Shown: piece after piece, positions 14,497 through 24,183 of the stretch
How positions within the stretch are numbered: position 1 is the stretch's first letter
Layout: each line of letters opens with the position of its first letter
Virus record (IMG/VR): IMGVR_UViG_3300045988_093613
Length of the DNA stretch: 35,228 nt
Source of the DNA: a virus
Direction: 5' to 3' (one strand)
Translations under genes and position numbers: made by a program
Notes under the pieces: generated by a model
What the model saw: the letters and a program-made list of their open reading frames with translations, nothing else
Told to the model about the DNA's origin: nothing
Database searches by the model: none

Positions 14497-16146
14497 TCAG
14501 GCGAGTCTTTGCCAGACGTGTCCGCCGATGATGGTGTGGATTTCCTTCCATGTGCCGCCATGGTCGTTGGGGTTGCCGGCGACGCACCAGTAGAGCGAGC
14601 CGATCGGGTGTGCGGCGAGGAAGGATGCCTCTGTCGCGCTGGATTGTGCGGTGATGGTGCCGTCCGGTCCGACGGTGATGGTCCTGCCATCGGGTTTGAC
14701 GCCGCCGAGGGTGGCGGTGGATGCCACTGGCAGCGTGTACTTGTTCGCGGCGGACTGGATGCCGTCGAGCTTCTTCTTGTCTGCGGCGGCCATGAGCCCG
14801 TCCGCCGATGATGTGGCCTGTGCGACGGTGATGGCAGCCGTCTCGTCGTTGCGGGTCACTGTGACTGGAGCCGACGCAGTGATGTCCAAGATTCGCGCCT
14901 GCGCCGCGGCCAACGCGTTCTGCGCCGTGGTGGTGGCCGTGTCGGCTTTTACGCCGGCCTGTTTGGCGAGGTCTCTGGCGCCTCCGATTTCGGCCGCGGC
15001 GTCGCTTGCGGCCTTGTTGGCTTCGGTGGCGGTTCTGCGGACCGTTTCGAGGTCTGCGGCGGTCACATCGGCGCTGAACGTCCAGTTGGAGAGGGTGAGG
15101 CCGCTGCCGGCGTAGTAGGCGTGGCCGTCTCCGGAGCTTGATCCACCGCCGCCGGTCTCGCCGGTCGATTCCGTGGACGCGGTGGTCGCCTCGTAGGTTA
15201 CGGTCGGGATGCCGTCCTTGACTTTGATGATCTTCTTGGTGATCTCGGCGGTGACCCTGATGCCGGTGGTGTTGTCGCGGCCGGTCACGGTGTCGCCCAC
15301 GTCGAGGTCGATGCCGCCGGTAACGTCGAGGTCGATGCCGCCGGTAACGTCCACGTCGATGCTGCCTGTATCTCGCAGCTCCTGGAGCTTTGTCTTGCCT
15401 TTGGTCTCGAGTTCGGCGGCGTCGGCGTTGCGGAGCTCGTAGACGCTTGCGCGCTCGTCCGCGCCTTTGATGGTCTGCGTGTGGCTGAGCGTGCCTTTCT
15501 GGTCGGCGTACCAATGGACGACGATCCTGTCCTTGAGTTCGCCTTTGCCGAGGCAGATCAGGTGATTGATCGGATGCGAGGCGAGTGTCGCGTCGAAGTC
15601 GATGAGGTCGGAGTCGATGAGGTCGCCGGCGGCCGTGATCGGCGGCGCGTCGACTGTCACGCCGTTCTGCGCTGCGGTGATGCGCAGCCGCAGTCCTGAT
15701 GCGCGCAGCATCTTGGACAGGCCGCTCCACGCGTCGCAGTACCGGTCGAACCGCCAGTTTGCGTTTTTGGACGCGCCTTCCGTGACGGTGATGATGTCCT
15801 GCAGCCCGATACGGGAGATGACGGTGCGCAGGAGCGTGCCGATCGTGCCGCTCACGGTCAGGTAGTCCTTGCCCTTGTCGGGTTCGAGGATCTTCGAGGC
15901 GAGCAGGCCGTGCCAGTCGCGACCGTGGTAGGTGAGCTCGCCCTCGCCGCCGGTGACGCTGGTCTTCACGTCGTCGACGATGCCGCCCCAGCCTGTCCCG
16001 TCGACCCACCATCGGCAGCCTGGTTTCAGGCGTGCCGGGCATTGGAGTTCGAAGTCGTTCTCCCCCGACCCGTATGCCAGGTCGAGCGTCCATGAGGCGT
16101 ACGAGCCGGACGGCGTGCCATTCGTGTCGGTGACGATCAGGTCCAT
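14497..16146 (-). CDS. Tail-associated (Tal/Gp37-like) baseplate/fibre protein, 549 aa
   Basis: N-terminus MDLIVTDTNGTP...WTLDLAYGSGENDFELQ resembles a siphovirus Gp37-like domain. Also a coiled coil, ...TLPVASTATLGGVKPDG... and a C-terminal ...HPIGSLYW...NPNDHGGTW... fibre-tip pattern. Confidence 0.65.
   Translation of the reverse strand: MDLIVTDTNGTPSGSYASWTLDLAYGSGENDFELQCPARLKPGCRWWVDGTGWGGIVDDVKTSVTGGEGELTYHGRDWHGLLASKILEPDKGKDYLTVSGTIGTLLRTVISRIGLQDIITVTEGASKNANWRFDRYCDAWSGLSKMLRASGLRLRITAAQNGVTVDAPPITAAGDLIDSDLIDFDATLASHPINHLICLGKGELKDRIVVHWYADQKGTLSHTQTIKGADERASVYELRNADAAELETKGKTKLQELRDTGSIDVDVTGGIDLDVTGGIDLDVGDTVTGRDNTTGIRVTAEITKKIIKVKDGIPTVTYEATTASTESTGETGGGGSSSGDGHAYYAGSGLTLSNWTFSADVTAADLETVRRTATEANKAASDAAAEIGGARDLAKQAGVKADTATTTAQNALAAAQARILDITASAPVTVTRNDETAAITVAQATSSADGLMAAADKKKLDGIQSAANKYTLPVASTATLGGVKPDGRTITVGPDGTITAQSSATEASFLAAHPIGSLYWCVAGNPNDHGGTWKEIHTIIGGHVWQRLA
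15301..15372. repeat. 24-bp tandem repeat (2 perfect copies plus 1 diverged) inside the Tal-like gene
   Basis: gtcgaggtcgatgccgccggtaac x2 (15301-15348), then gtccacgtcgatgctgcctgtatc. Encodes the TGGIDLDV octapeptide repeat. Confidence 0.85.
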
Positions 16147-16961
16147 GGCGGTTCGCTCCTCTCTTCGATGGCGGTCAGGCCGAATTCGAATCCGCCAGCC
16201 CAGCTGATCGTGCTCGTGCCGGGGGGAAGCGGTTCGAAGATGTAGGTGCCGGATCCGCGTCCGGTGCCGCGCACGGCCTTGGCGAAGAGGTTCGTGCGCA
16301 GGCCGGTGTCGGAGATCATGATGACGGTCCTGGCGTCAGCGGTGCCGTCGATTTCGAGTCTGCTGCCGGCCGGAATGGTCGCGTCGACCTCGTACCGGTT
16401 GGGGCCGATGATGACGTACGGGTTGACGCATGGGCCGAAGATCGTGAGGCGTATCGGCTGCGGCATGCCGCTCGTGTTGGCCACGGTGTCCAGAATGCTC
16501 ATGCCGCCGTAGTCGTGCGGATAGTCGTGCGGGTAGTCAAGTCCGCTGCCGGCGTCGGTTCGCGGATCGTGATGCGTGGTGGTCTCCCTCCGCCACACGC
16601 CGTCCAGGAGCACGACGGTAAGCTGCGTCTCGACCATCGTGGGCGTGATGGTCTGCGGTTCCGCCTTGACCACGTAGGCGCGAGTCGTCCACCCGTCCGC
16701 GTCGAACGTGCCGGGCGTTCCGGCGGCCACGTCCGCGTCGAACAGGCGGCGAGTCGAATCCACCTTCTCGGGGCAGCGGACATAGGTTAGGTCAAGCTCG
16801 GCCTCGCGCGCCGTGCGACTTACTCCGGTTAGACTCCGGTATCCGAGGGTGTACGACCATTTGCGGCCGCGCAGCCCCTCCGCCGTCTGAGCCCAGATAT
16901 CGGGCCCTTCCAGTGGGATCGTCTCACCGGTCGAGGCGCACACATAACTAAGCGATCGCAT
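16137..16961 (-). CDS. Distal tail protein (Dit-like)
   Basis: 274 aa, immediately downstream of the tape measure gene and overlapping it. Call is positional. Confidence 0.6.
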   Translation of the reverse strand: MRSLSYVCASTGETIPLEGPDIWAQTAEGLRGRKWSYTLGYRSLTGVSRTAREAELDLTYVRCPEKVDSTRRLFDADVAAGTPGTFDADGWTTRAYVVKAEPQTITPTMVETQLTVVLLDGVWRRETTTHHDPRTDAGSGLDYPHDYPHDYGGMSILDTVANTSGMPQPIRLTIFGPCVNPYVIIGPNRYEVDATIPAGSRLEIDGTADARTVIMISDTGLRTNLFAKAVRGTGRGSGTYIFEPLPPGTSTISWAGGFEFGLTAIEERSEPPWT

Positions 16962-19752
16962 TTCGTATCACCCTTCCGAGTTCACGACCATCGACTTCGA
17001 TGCCGAGTTTCTCCATAATCAGTGGCATATCCGCGTGCAGCGCGCGCAGTTCCGACAGGAGTTCGCCGAGCAGTTCGCCAGATAACGGTTCGCCGCCAGT
17101 CGAGACGGAGGCTCTGGTCGGGCTCAGACCGTAGCCGGTGGCTACATCGGGAGTCGTGAACCGTGTGGAGGCGATGTCCGAGGCCATGCCGTTCATGCTG
17201 GACATGACGGCGGCTTGGCTGTTGCTGATGCCCTGGGCGAGACCGAGACCGATGTTCCGACCTATCTGGTCGCGGAACAAACGTGACGGCGAGTGGATGC
17301 CGAGAAAGTTCTTCACGCCGGAGATGGCATCTTTCACGCCGCCGAGAATGGCGCTGCCAACTTTGCCGATGCTGCCCGTGATGCCGCTGATAATGCCATG
17401 CACGATCTGCGAGCCGATGGACACCATGCGTCCCGGTATGGATGCAAGCGTGTTGACCAGATTGCTCAGGAACTGCTGGCCCGCGCGAAGCGCGCCGGAT
17501 GCCATGCTGCTGGCGAACGAGCCGACCGCGCTTATCGCGCCGGAAAGCCCGGCACCGATGCGTCCGGGCACCTGCGAGATGTAGGAGCCGATGGACGAGA
17601 GGAACCGGGAGCCGGCGTTGACCGCGTTCGACGCCATCCGGCCGACGAAGCTGGCTGCGGCGCTTACGGCCCCGCTCAGCCACGAGCCGACGTTCGCCGG
17701 AAGCTGGGAGATGAACGTGCCCACGTTGCTGAGGAACCGGGAGCCTGCGGAAAGCGCGTTGGCACCCATCTGCGCGGCCCAGCTCGCCACCGACGCAACC
17801 GTGGAGGTCAGCCAGTTCCAGATATTGCCCGGCAGTTGCACAAAGAACGTGCCGAGGTTCGCGAGAAACTGCTGGCCCGCAGAAATCGCCTGAGAGCCGA
17901 GCTGCGCGGCCCACAGCACCACGAACGTGATGCCATAGGCGAGCCAGTAGGCTATCGTCGCCGGAAGATTCGTGAGGAAGTTCGCTATGTTCGAGACGAA
18001 CTGCTGTCCCGCCTGCAACGCCGACTGGCCGAAGCTCACCGCCCACGTGCCAATCGACGTAATCAGGTTCGACAACGCCGTCCCGATCGCGGAAGGCAGT
18101 TGCTGGAACCATTGAATGACAGACTGGAACGCGTTAGGAAGCGTCTGCGTGAAGAAGTTGGCGATGTTCTGGCCGAGATTGGTGACGAAATCGACCGCTT
18201 TCTGCCATGCGGAGGAGATGAACGACGTGAACGCCGCCCACACCTTGCGGCCTACCTCGGTCTGTGTGCAGAACCAGACAAGCGCGGCCACGAAGGCCGC
18301 GACGCCGACGACGATCGCGCCGATGGGGTTTGCGGCTATGACGGCGTTGAACGCGCCCTGCACGGCGGTCGCCATCTTCGTGGCCGTGCTCCATGCGGTC
18401 TGTGCGGTCTTGACGAGGCTCAGCCCTCCGGCCATCTGTTTGAGCATGGCGACCGGGCCGCCCAAGTCCATCATGAGCATGATGCCGTTGCTGACGCCCT
18501 TGGCGGCGGTCGTCACCGTGTTCATGGTTCCGGTGAGCGCCTGTAGACCGCTGTTGAGCGCCTGATAGCCCTTGACTGCGGCGAACGCTGTGCCGATGCC
18601 GATGATGATGGGCGCGAGTTCCTTGCCGTGCTGGACGAACCAGTCGAGCGTGTCGGCGACGAGTTTGATGCCGTTGGCGAGACCGTCTGGGGGAATCATG
18701 TGCGCCCAGTCGATGACCATGTTGACGACGCCCATGATCGCGTCCCTGAGTCCGTCCCACAGGCTTTTGAACGTGAACAACGCCCCGTTGTCCTTCAGCG
18801 CCTGCCAGAGCTGTCCGAGCCAGTTCTTCACGCCGGTGACCATGCTCGCGGCGGCGTCTCCCACCTTGCCGAACTGGCTCGAGAAACCGTTGATCGCGCC
18901 GGCGATGTTCTCCACGCCGACCGCTTCCACGACCTTCTGCACGGCCTTGGCGACACGGTTCTGCACGTTCTCCATGGCCGTGCCGATGCCCTGAGTCGCG
19001 TCCTTGGCCTGCTGCGCGAACGAGGCGTATTTGCCGAAACCGTTCTGGTTCAGTTCCATGACCTTCTTGTTGAAATCATCGAAACTGATTGACCCGTTTT
19101 TCATGGCCTCATACAGGTCGTTTGAGTTCTTCCCTGCGCCCAGCATGGCCTCGGCGACCTGATTGAGCTGGCCGGGCATCGCGGCCTGAATCGAACGCCA
19201 TGCCTGCATATCGACCTTGCCGGCGCTCAGCATCTGCGTGTACTGGGTGAGCGCGTTCTCCTGCTCCATGGTCGAAGCGCCGCCCGCAAGCATCGCGTTG
19301 TTGAACGCGAGGGCGATGTTCGTGGCCTGATCCAGATTGCTGGTCAATGGGGCGAGCTGCTGCACCATGCCCGTCATCGCCGAACTGGTGGTGGGCAGGC
19401 CGTCGAGCGCGCTCGAGATCTTCTTGATGGAGGCGGCCGCGTCCTCGGAACTGTAGCCGAGGTTCTTCATGACCTTCGGGAAGTTGTTCATCTGGTCGGC
19501 GCGCGAGATCGCGGAGTTCAGGCTTCCCGTGACCACCGAGGCTACCTTGGAGAACACGGTGGAGGCGATGCCGGCGACCGCGCCCACCTTCGCCGCGAAA
19601 CCGACGGAGAGGCCCGAGCCGATGCTCTGGCCGGCCTTCTGCCCGGTGGATTTCGACGGCCCGTCGAACGCGTTCTCGATGGCCTTGCCTACGCCCTTCA
19701 TGCTGGGCACGATCTGCACGTACGCCTGAGCCAGCTGGTATGCCATGACCAT
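16948..19752 (-). CDS. Tape measure protein
   Basis: 934 aa, Ala/Gly/Ser-rich with TM-like segments and internal repeats. Follows the G/G-T chaperone genes. Confidence 0.9.
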   Translation of the reverse strand: MVMAYQLAQAYVQIVPSMKGVGKAIENAFDGPSKSTGQKAGQSIGSGLSVGFAAKVGAVAGIASTVFSKVASVVTGSLNSAISRADQMNNFPKVMKNLGYSSEDAAASIKKISSALDGLPTTSSAMTGMVQQLAPLTSNLDQATNIALAFNNAMLAGGASTMEQENALTQYTQMLSAGKVDMQAWRSIQAAMPGQLNQVAEAMLGAGKNSNDLYEAMKNGSISFDDFNKKVMELNQNGFGKYASFAQQAKDATQGIGTAMENVQNRVAKAVQKVVEAVGVENIAGAINGFSSQFGKVGDAAASMVTGVKNWLGQLWQALKDNGALFTFKSLWDGLRDAIMGVVNMVIDWAHMIPPDGLANGIKLVADTLDWFVQHGKELAPIIIGIGTAFAAVKGYQALNSGLQALTGTMNTVTTAAKGVSNGIMLMMDLGGPVAMLKQMAGGLSLVKTAQTAWSTATKMATAVQGAFNAVIAANPIGAIVVGVAAFVAALVWFCTQTEVGRKVWAAFTSFISSAWQKAVDFVTNLGQNIANFFTQTLPNAFQSVIQWFQQLPSAIGTALSNLITSIGTWAVSFGQSALQAGQQFVSNIANFLTNLPATIAYWLAYGITFVVLWAAQLGSQAISAGQQFLANLGTFFVQLPGNIWNWLTSTVASVASWAAQMGANALSAGSRFLSNVGTFISQLPANVGSWLSGAVSAAASFVGRMASNAVNAGSRFLSSIGSYISQVPGRIGAGLSGAISAVGSFASSMASGALRAGQQFLSNLVNTLASIPGRMVSIGSQIVHGIISGITGSIGKVGSAILGGVKDAISGVKNFLGIHSPSRLFRDQIGRNIGLGLAQGISNSQAAVMSSMNGMASDIASTRFTTPDVATGYGLSPTRASVSTGGEPLSGELLGELLSELRALHADMPLIMEKLGIEVDGRELGRVIRNAIA
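17392..18012. repeat. About 4.7 tandem 44-aa (132-bp) repeats within the tape measure gene
   Basis: Units start AGQQFVSNIANFLTNLP / AGQQFLANLGTFFVQLP / AGSRFLSNVGTFISQLP / AGSRFLSSIGSYISQVP / AGQQFLSNLVNTLASIP (aa 581-787). Confidence 0.7.
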
Positions 19753-19758
19753 TCCTCT

Positions 19759-20549
19759 CTATACGTCCGTGAAGCCGCGGCTCATGAACGCGTCGAGCTG
19801 TTCGATGGTCAGGGCCATGGGCTTGATGGTGCGCGTCCTGCGCGTGGCTTCCCCGGAGTCCTCCGGCTTGGAGGGGTTCGCGACGGCATGGCCGCTTCCG
19901 TTGCCGGGTCGTGGCAGCGGTTCGGGTTGTGGGCCGCGTTTCTTCGGGTCGGCGTTGCCCCACATCCACATGTTCATCTGGTCGATCAGCGTGGTCATCA
20001 GATACTGGTCAAGCGTCCACGCGGCCGGGGCGTCCAGCTTCTGCCAGATAAGGGAGCCGGCGGGCAGGTTCGCGGCAAACGCGGCCGTCTCCAACGGGTC
20101 CAGCTCGTAGATGCCGAGCCCATATACGCGCCTCATGTCCGCCGCCAGCTGGTCGGGGCAGCGGACGAGCAGGTATACGAGCGTCAGGAGTTTGGGAAAG
20201 CCTTGCTCATCTCCTCGAACAGTTCGTTCAGGAAGGCTCCCATGGTTTCGCCGTCGATACGACCGTCAGCGCCTCGTAATTCGTTCTTGGCCTTGCCGTA
20301 TGAGTCGCCGAGAAGTCGGCGCAGGAACGGGATGATCTGCAAGGCGTTGCCCTTCGGGTCGGCCTGAAGGTCATAGAGAGATTCCACGAACTCCCAATCG
20401 TCCAGCACCTTCGGGTCGATGGTCAGGGAGATTCCCTTGACGGTGACGGTGCGCGGCTTGCCCTGCGCGGGCCTGTGATCCTGCGGACGGTTGCCGGGGA
20501 CGTTGTTGCTGGCGGTATTACCGTAACGATGATGACGGTTTCGTGACAT
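19759..20549 (-). CDS. Tail assembly chaperone frameshift product (gpGT-like) made by -1 slippage
   Basis: The -1 frame is open from the slip site to 19759 (...GFPKLLTLVYLLVRCPDQLAADMRRVYGLG...). Confidence 0.65.
20184..20549 (-). CDS. Tail assembly chaperone (gpG-like)
   Basis: Internal ATG 20549. MSRNRHHRYG...FLNELFEEMSKAFPNS*. Sits between the major tail and tape measure genes. Confidence 0.7.
   Translation of the reverse strand: MSRNRHHRYGNTASNNVPGNRPQDHRPAQGKPRTVTVKGISLTIDPKVLDDWEFVESLYDLQADPKGNALQIIPFLRRLLGDSYGKAKNELRGADGRIDGETMGAFLNELFEEMSKAFPNS
20190..20196 (-). promoter_or_regulatory. -1 programmed ribosomal frameshift slippery heptamer C CCA AAC
   Basis: Canonical X XXY YYZ in the zero frame, 3 nt before the gpG stop (20186-20184). 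Confidence 0.7.
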
Positions 20550-20649
20550 AATGACTTCTCCAAAAAACCATGGACGACTTCGAGGGTTGAAAAAATGAGG
20601 GTTCCCGCGTCGCGGGGAAGTCGTCGAACGCATGACGCGGGAAGAACCG

Positions 20650-21318
20650 TTATTCGGCGGCCGGGGTCCCTTCGCCGGTTTCGGCGGTCTCGTCGCCGTT
20701 GACCGGATCAATGACCTTGCCGACCAGGGCCTCGGTGACGGCCACGCTACGGGACGCGGCGATGCCGACGTATTCGATGGCGGTGACGCCGGAGCCCATG
20801 TCGTTGGCGGAGACGGTGATGTCGTACACCTGCGGGTCGCCGGCATGCACCTGACGGTCGCCGAACTCGGCGCGGGTCGCGTTGCCGATCACGAGACGGT
20901 CCTTGACGTCGCCGCTCATCGCGATTTCGAACACGAGCACGAAGTCCTCGTCGGAGGGCATCTGGTGTTTGATGGTCATGCTCTTGTCGGTGCCGGTGAC
21001 CGCGTCCGAGTTATAGCGGAGCTTCGCGGACTCGGCTCGCAGCACTTCGAGCAGGGCGAACTGGTAGGACTCGGCGTAGCTGGTGATGATCTTCATCACG
21101 GTGGTACCGTTCGCGTCCTTGATCTCGGTGGCGTCGGTGTCGGTCGTGTTGGTCAGGCCGTCCTCGGACAGGTAGCCGAGCAGCTTGTACGCGGAGGGCA
21201 ATGCGGTGGCGGAGTCGGTGGGCAGTGTGGTGCCGGCGGGTGCCCAGTAGGCGTAGCCGCCGACCTTGAACTTGCCCAACGACACCATGGTGGAATCGTT
21301 GGTTGTGGAATCAACCAT
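20650..21318 (-). CDS. Major tail protein
   Basis: 222 aa, upstream of the chaperones. Call is positional. Confidence 0.7.
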   Translation of the reverse strand: MVDSTTNDSTMVSLGKFKVGGYAYWAPAGTTLPTDSATALPSAYKLLGYLSEDGLTNTTDTDATEIKDANGTTVMKIITSYAESYQFALLEVLRAESAKLRYNSDAVTGTDKSMTIKHQMPSDEDFVLVFEIAMSGDVKDRLVIGNATRAEFGDRQVHAGDPQVYDITVSANDMGSGVTAIEYVGIAASRSVAVTEALVGKVIDPVNGDETAETGEGTPAAE

Positions 21319-21332
21319 GATTTACAGCCTTT

Positions 21333-21710
21333 CTAATCGTCTGATTTGATAATCAACTGGAGAATGATTTGGTAACGGGGCCGCCCGTCGGGCATGGGGA
21401 AATGCGTGCGCCCGGTGATGTCGATATCGGCGACCTCGGGCAGTTCGACGATACGTTTGAGCCGGGGGAGTATGAGTTTCGCCGCAGCCTCGGAGACCAG
21501 CCAGCGCGACTCGCCCCACACCTGCACCGCGATAAGCGGCAGGCTGCGAAACGGTTCGTCCGTGCCTCCGACCTGTTCGACGGTGACGAACGGCATCGGA
21601 TGCGTGGCCGACGATCCGGCGGGCACGTCGAACATCGCCGGATATTCGGCCTTGATCGTCGGGTCCGCGTTGAGCCAGTCCATGACGAGTTTCTCCGCGT
21701 TCACGGCCAT
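21333..21710 (-). CDS. Tail terminator / tail completion protein
   Basis: 125 aa. Call is positional. Confidence 0.5.
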   Translation of the reverse strand: MAVNAEKLVMDWLNADPTIKAEYPAMFDVPAGSSATHPMPFVTVEQVGGTDEPFRSLPLIAVQVWGESRWLVSEAAAKLILPRLKRIVELPEVADIDITGRTHFPMPDGRPRYQIILQLIIKSDD

Positions 21711-21997
21711 CAGCCGCCACCTCCCACTGCTTTGGCAAGCGTGTTGTGCAATGCGTTGTCGACGTGGGCCGCGTGGTTGGCCGGATAGACGTTCGCCGTG
21801 GCACCTTTGGGGCCGGTGCGCACGCTTGCCTCGTAACGCGGAACGTGATCCTCTCCGGCGGACACATGCACGTCACGCATGGCGGTGGAGTTGGCGCGTC
21901 CCGCGATTTTGTCGGCTTCGGCCTTGACAATGCGTGCGCCCTCGTTTTGGCGGTAAGCGAGGAACGCCGAATAATCGAGTCTCACGGTATTGGACAT
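21710..21997 (-). CDS. Head-tail joining protein (95 aa)
   Basis: TGATG coupling on both sides. Call is positional. Confidence 0.45.
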   Translation of the reverse strand: MSNTVRLDYSAFLAYRQNEGARIVKAEADKIAGRANSTAMRDVHVSAGEDHVPRYEASVRTGPKGATANVYPANHAAHVDNALHNTLAKAVGGGG

Positions 21998-22335
21998 CAG
22001 CCCTTCGAATCCGTGACTTCGACCTTGAGGTTCCAGGCGGTCGGCTTCATGCCGCCGTCTAATGGCCTCGGGTCTCCGATCACCTTGTAGTCATGCTCGT
22101 CGATGCGTATGCTCGCCCCGCGCAGGCTCCGGTATGCGTAGCTGCGCGGGAACAGGCACGTGAACGCCACGGTCACTCCGTCAGGGCGCAGCGAATCGGT
22201 TGCATTCGACATGGCACCCGGCGAGACGAGCACGTTGCCCACCGATTCGATATCGTCCTTCGTGACGGGCGAGCCGCCCGGGTCGGTCTCGCCAGTGGGC
22301 GTGCAGCGCACCACTTTCACGGTCTCGCCCCTCAT
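21997..22335 (-). CDS. Head closure / head-tail adaptor protein (112 aa)
   Basis: Internal ATG 22335 (ATGA overlap). MRGETVKVVRCTPTGETDPGGSPV... Confidence 0.5.
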   Translation of the reverse strand: MRGETVKVVRCTPTGETDPGGSPVTKDDIESVGNVLVSPGAMSNATDSLRPDGVTVAFTCLFPRSYAYRSLRGASIRIDEHDYKVIGDPRPLDGGMKPTAWNLKVEVTDSKG

Positions 22336-22739
22336 GACGCCTCCCCGTTCGACAGGTCGATGCTGTAGAAGCGTTGGCCGGTGAGCCCAAGCGCCTTCTT
22401 CTGTCCCTTGGACAGATAGAATTCGCCGCGAGGATTCGAGAAGGTCATCGACTGGGTGAAACTGCCCGCCGTGAGACTGAGATTGCTGGCACCGGTCGTA
22501 TCGAAACCGGCGCCCTCGGTCTGCATGTCGGACGAGATCACATCCTTGGCGAGCTCGCAGGCGATGCGTTCCAACGTGGCGGATGCGATATCGCGCCATC
22601 CGGGACACTGCTCGCGAATGAACTGCGATGCATCGGCCAGACGATGGTCAACATAATCCGGGTCGTCCGGCATCTGCTTCCAGCGTTTGGCCAATTCCAA
22701 ATGCGTGGCAAATGGGTTTTCTTCCGTTTCGTCGGCCAT
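22332..22739 (-). CDS. Head-tail connector (gp6-like), 135 aa
   Basis: Internal ATG 22739 after GGAGGTG. MADETEENPFATHLELAKRW... Confidence 0.5.
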   Translation of the reverse strand: MADETEENPFATHLELAKRWKQMPDDPDYVDHRLADASQFIREQCPGWRDIASATLERIACELAKDVISSDMQTEGAGFDTTGASNLSLTAGSFTQSMTFSNPRGEFYLSKGQKKALGLTGQRFYSIDLSNGEAS

Positions 22740-22755
22740 AACGCACCTCCCCACG

Positions 22756-23193
22756 TCAGACGGCGATGACACCGATCGCGCGCAACTGGGCGAGGATGCT
22801 GTTGACCTTCGTGGCGATGACCGCCGCATCCGCGCCGCTCGCGAGATCCGGGATCGCGGCACCTTTCTTGACGCCACCCAACGCCTCAGCCGTGGCGGCG
22901 GGCAGCGTGTAGGCGGGCGGAATCGTCGGCTTGTTCGACAGGTCGTTGTAGCTTCCACTGAAGCTGGACGTTCCCGCGCCAATGGCCTTGCGCGCGCCGG
23001 CTGCATCCGTGGCTTTGAGCACCGCCTTGCCGGTGTTGGTGGCACCGGCAAGCGTGTCGGCGGTGGGAGCGCCGCCGACATCGACCGGATTGCCTTCCCC
23101 GTCAAAAACGGCCACCTGAGCGATAATCTCGCCGTCAGTCGGCTTCGGTTGACGCACGAACTGTATCTGCTTGTTCAGTCCCATGGCCATCAC
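22756..23193 (-). CDS. Head fibre / decoration-like protein (145 aa)
   Basis: Follows the capsid gene. Contains SGSYNDLSNKPT and TLPAATAEALGGVKKG motifs; the latter recurs in the Tal-like protein (TLPVASTATLGGVKPDG). Confidence 0.45.
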   Translation of the reverse strand: MMAMGLNKQIQFVRQPKPTDGEIIAQVAVFDGEGNPVDVGGAPTADTLAGATNTGKAVLKATDAAGARKAIGAGTSSFSGSYNDLSNKPTIPPAYTLPAATAEALGGVKKGAAIPDLASGADAAVIATKVNSILAQLRAIGVIAV

Positions 23194-24158
23194 GCTCCGG
23201 TGGCCACCGACGTTCCGGTGACCGGCGCGATGACGTACGCGGGGAAGCGCTTGCTCTTGTCCGGCTGCACGTCGTTGATGGGGTTGGCGATTTGGAAGCC
23301 GACGCGGAACACGACGCGCATGGCGACGCAGTCCTGCTGGGCGAGGTTCAGAATCACCTTGCCGTTATCGTCCGAGATAACCGACTGGTCAAGCAGCTTG
23401 TAGGTGATGTCCTGACGGATGCCGACCACGAAGTTCGACCAGTCCGCGCCGAGCAGCACGGCCTTGGTGGCATCCCACGCGCCGTTGTCTACCTCGTTGA
23501 GATCGAAGCCGTAGAGGGTGGACGGCGCGCCGGAGGCGAGCGAGGGCACGTAGATCGGGCTGCCGTTGGCGTTGCGCAGGCCGATAAGCTCCCAGTTCAG
23601 GCCCGGCTTGCTGGCGAAGCCGTTCATGGCGAAGCCCTGTTCGGCGAGCTTCTGACCCATGCTGGCAACGTCCTTGGCGAGATCCTTGCCCTGGGTGAGC
23701 GTGTTGTGCGCCGTGATGGCCTGCGGGATGATGCCGTCCGGGAAGCTGGACGGCTTGTCCACGCCGAACAGTGTCGCCTGATCCAGCTTGTAGCCGAGCG
23801 CGGAAGTCAGACGCGGCATGACCTCCGGCCAGATTGGGATGCCGGAATCCGCGATGACGGCCTCCGGGATGGGCACGATGGCCGCAAGCTCCTCGGCCGT
23901 GATGCTCAGGCCCGACCATTTCATCTTCGTGGTCTGCTTCAGGCCGGTATCGCCGCCAACCCAGTAGGCGATCGGCTTGGAGTCAAGCACCGGCTGCGTG
24001 CGCGTGCGGGTGCTCATGCGAATCTGACGCATGCGGGTGAGGGACACACTCGACTTGGGGGCGTCCTGGATAATCTGGGTGGCGTATTCGGTGGGGATGA
24101 GTCCGCCGCCGAGGTCGCCGCTGGTGATGATGGAGTTCACGTTGGAAACCATCGTCAT
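23190..24158 (-). CDS. Major capsid protein (HK97-fold type)
   Basis: 322 aa, directly after the scaffold gene. Confidence 0.8.
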   Translation of the reverse strand: MTMVSNVNSIITSGDLGGGLIPTEYATQIIQDAPKSSVSLTRMRQIRMSTRTRTQPVLDSKPIAYWVGGDTGLKQTTKMKWSGLSITAEELAAIVPIPEAVIADSGIPIWPEVMPRLTSALGYKLDQATLFGVDKPSSFPDGIIPQAITAHNTLTQGKDLAKDVASMGQKLAEQGFAMNGFASKPGLNWELIGLRNANGSPIYVPSLASGAPSTLYGFDLNEVDNGAWDATKAVLLGADWSNFVVGIRQDITYKLLDQSVISDDNGKVILNLAQQDCVAMRVVFRVGFQIANPINDVQPDKSKRFPAYVIAPVTGTSVATGA

Positions 24159-24183
24159 ACCTTCTTTCTATGGAGTGGGGAGG

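Noticed and set aside
15301-15372. Short direct repeats checked as a possible CRISPR array.
   Set aside because: The repeats are contiguous with no spacers, lie within a coding sequence, and there are only about 3 units. No cas genes are present.
20602-20618. Hairpin after the major tail gene, considered as an intrinsic terminator.
   Set aside because: The loop is 3 nt, the stem includes a wobble pair, and the T6 tract is separated from the stem by 6 nt. That is too weak to call. It may be part of a larger 9-bp long-range pairing (GACGACTTC/GAAGTCGTC).
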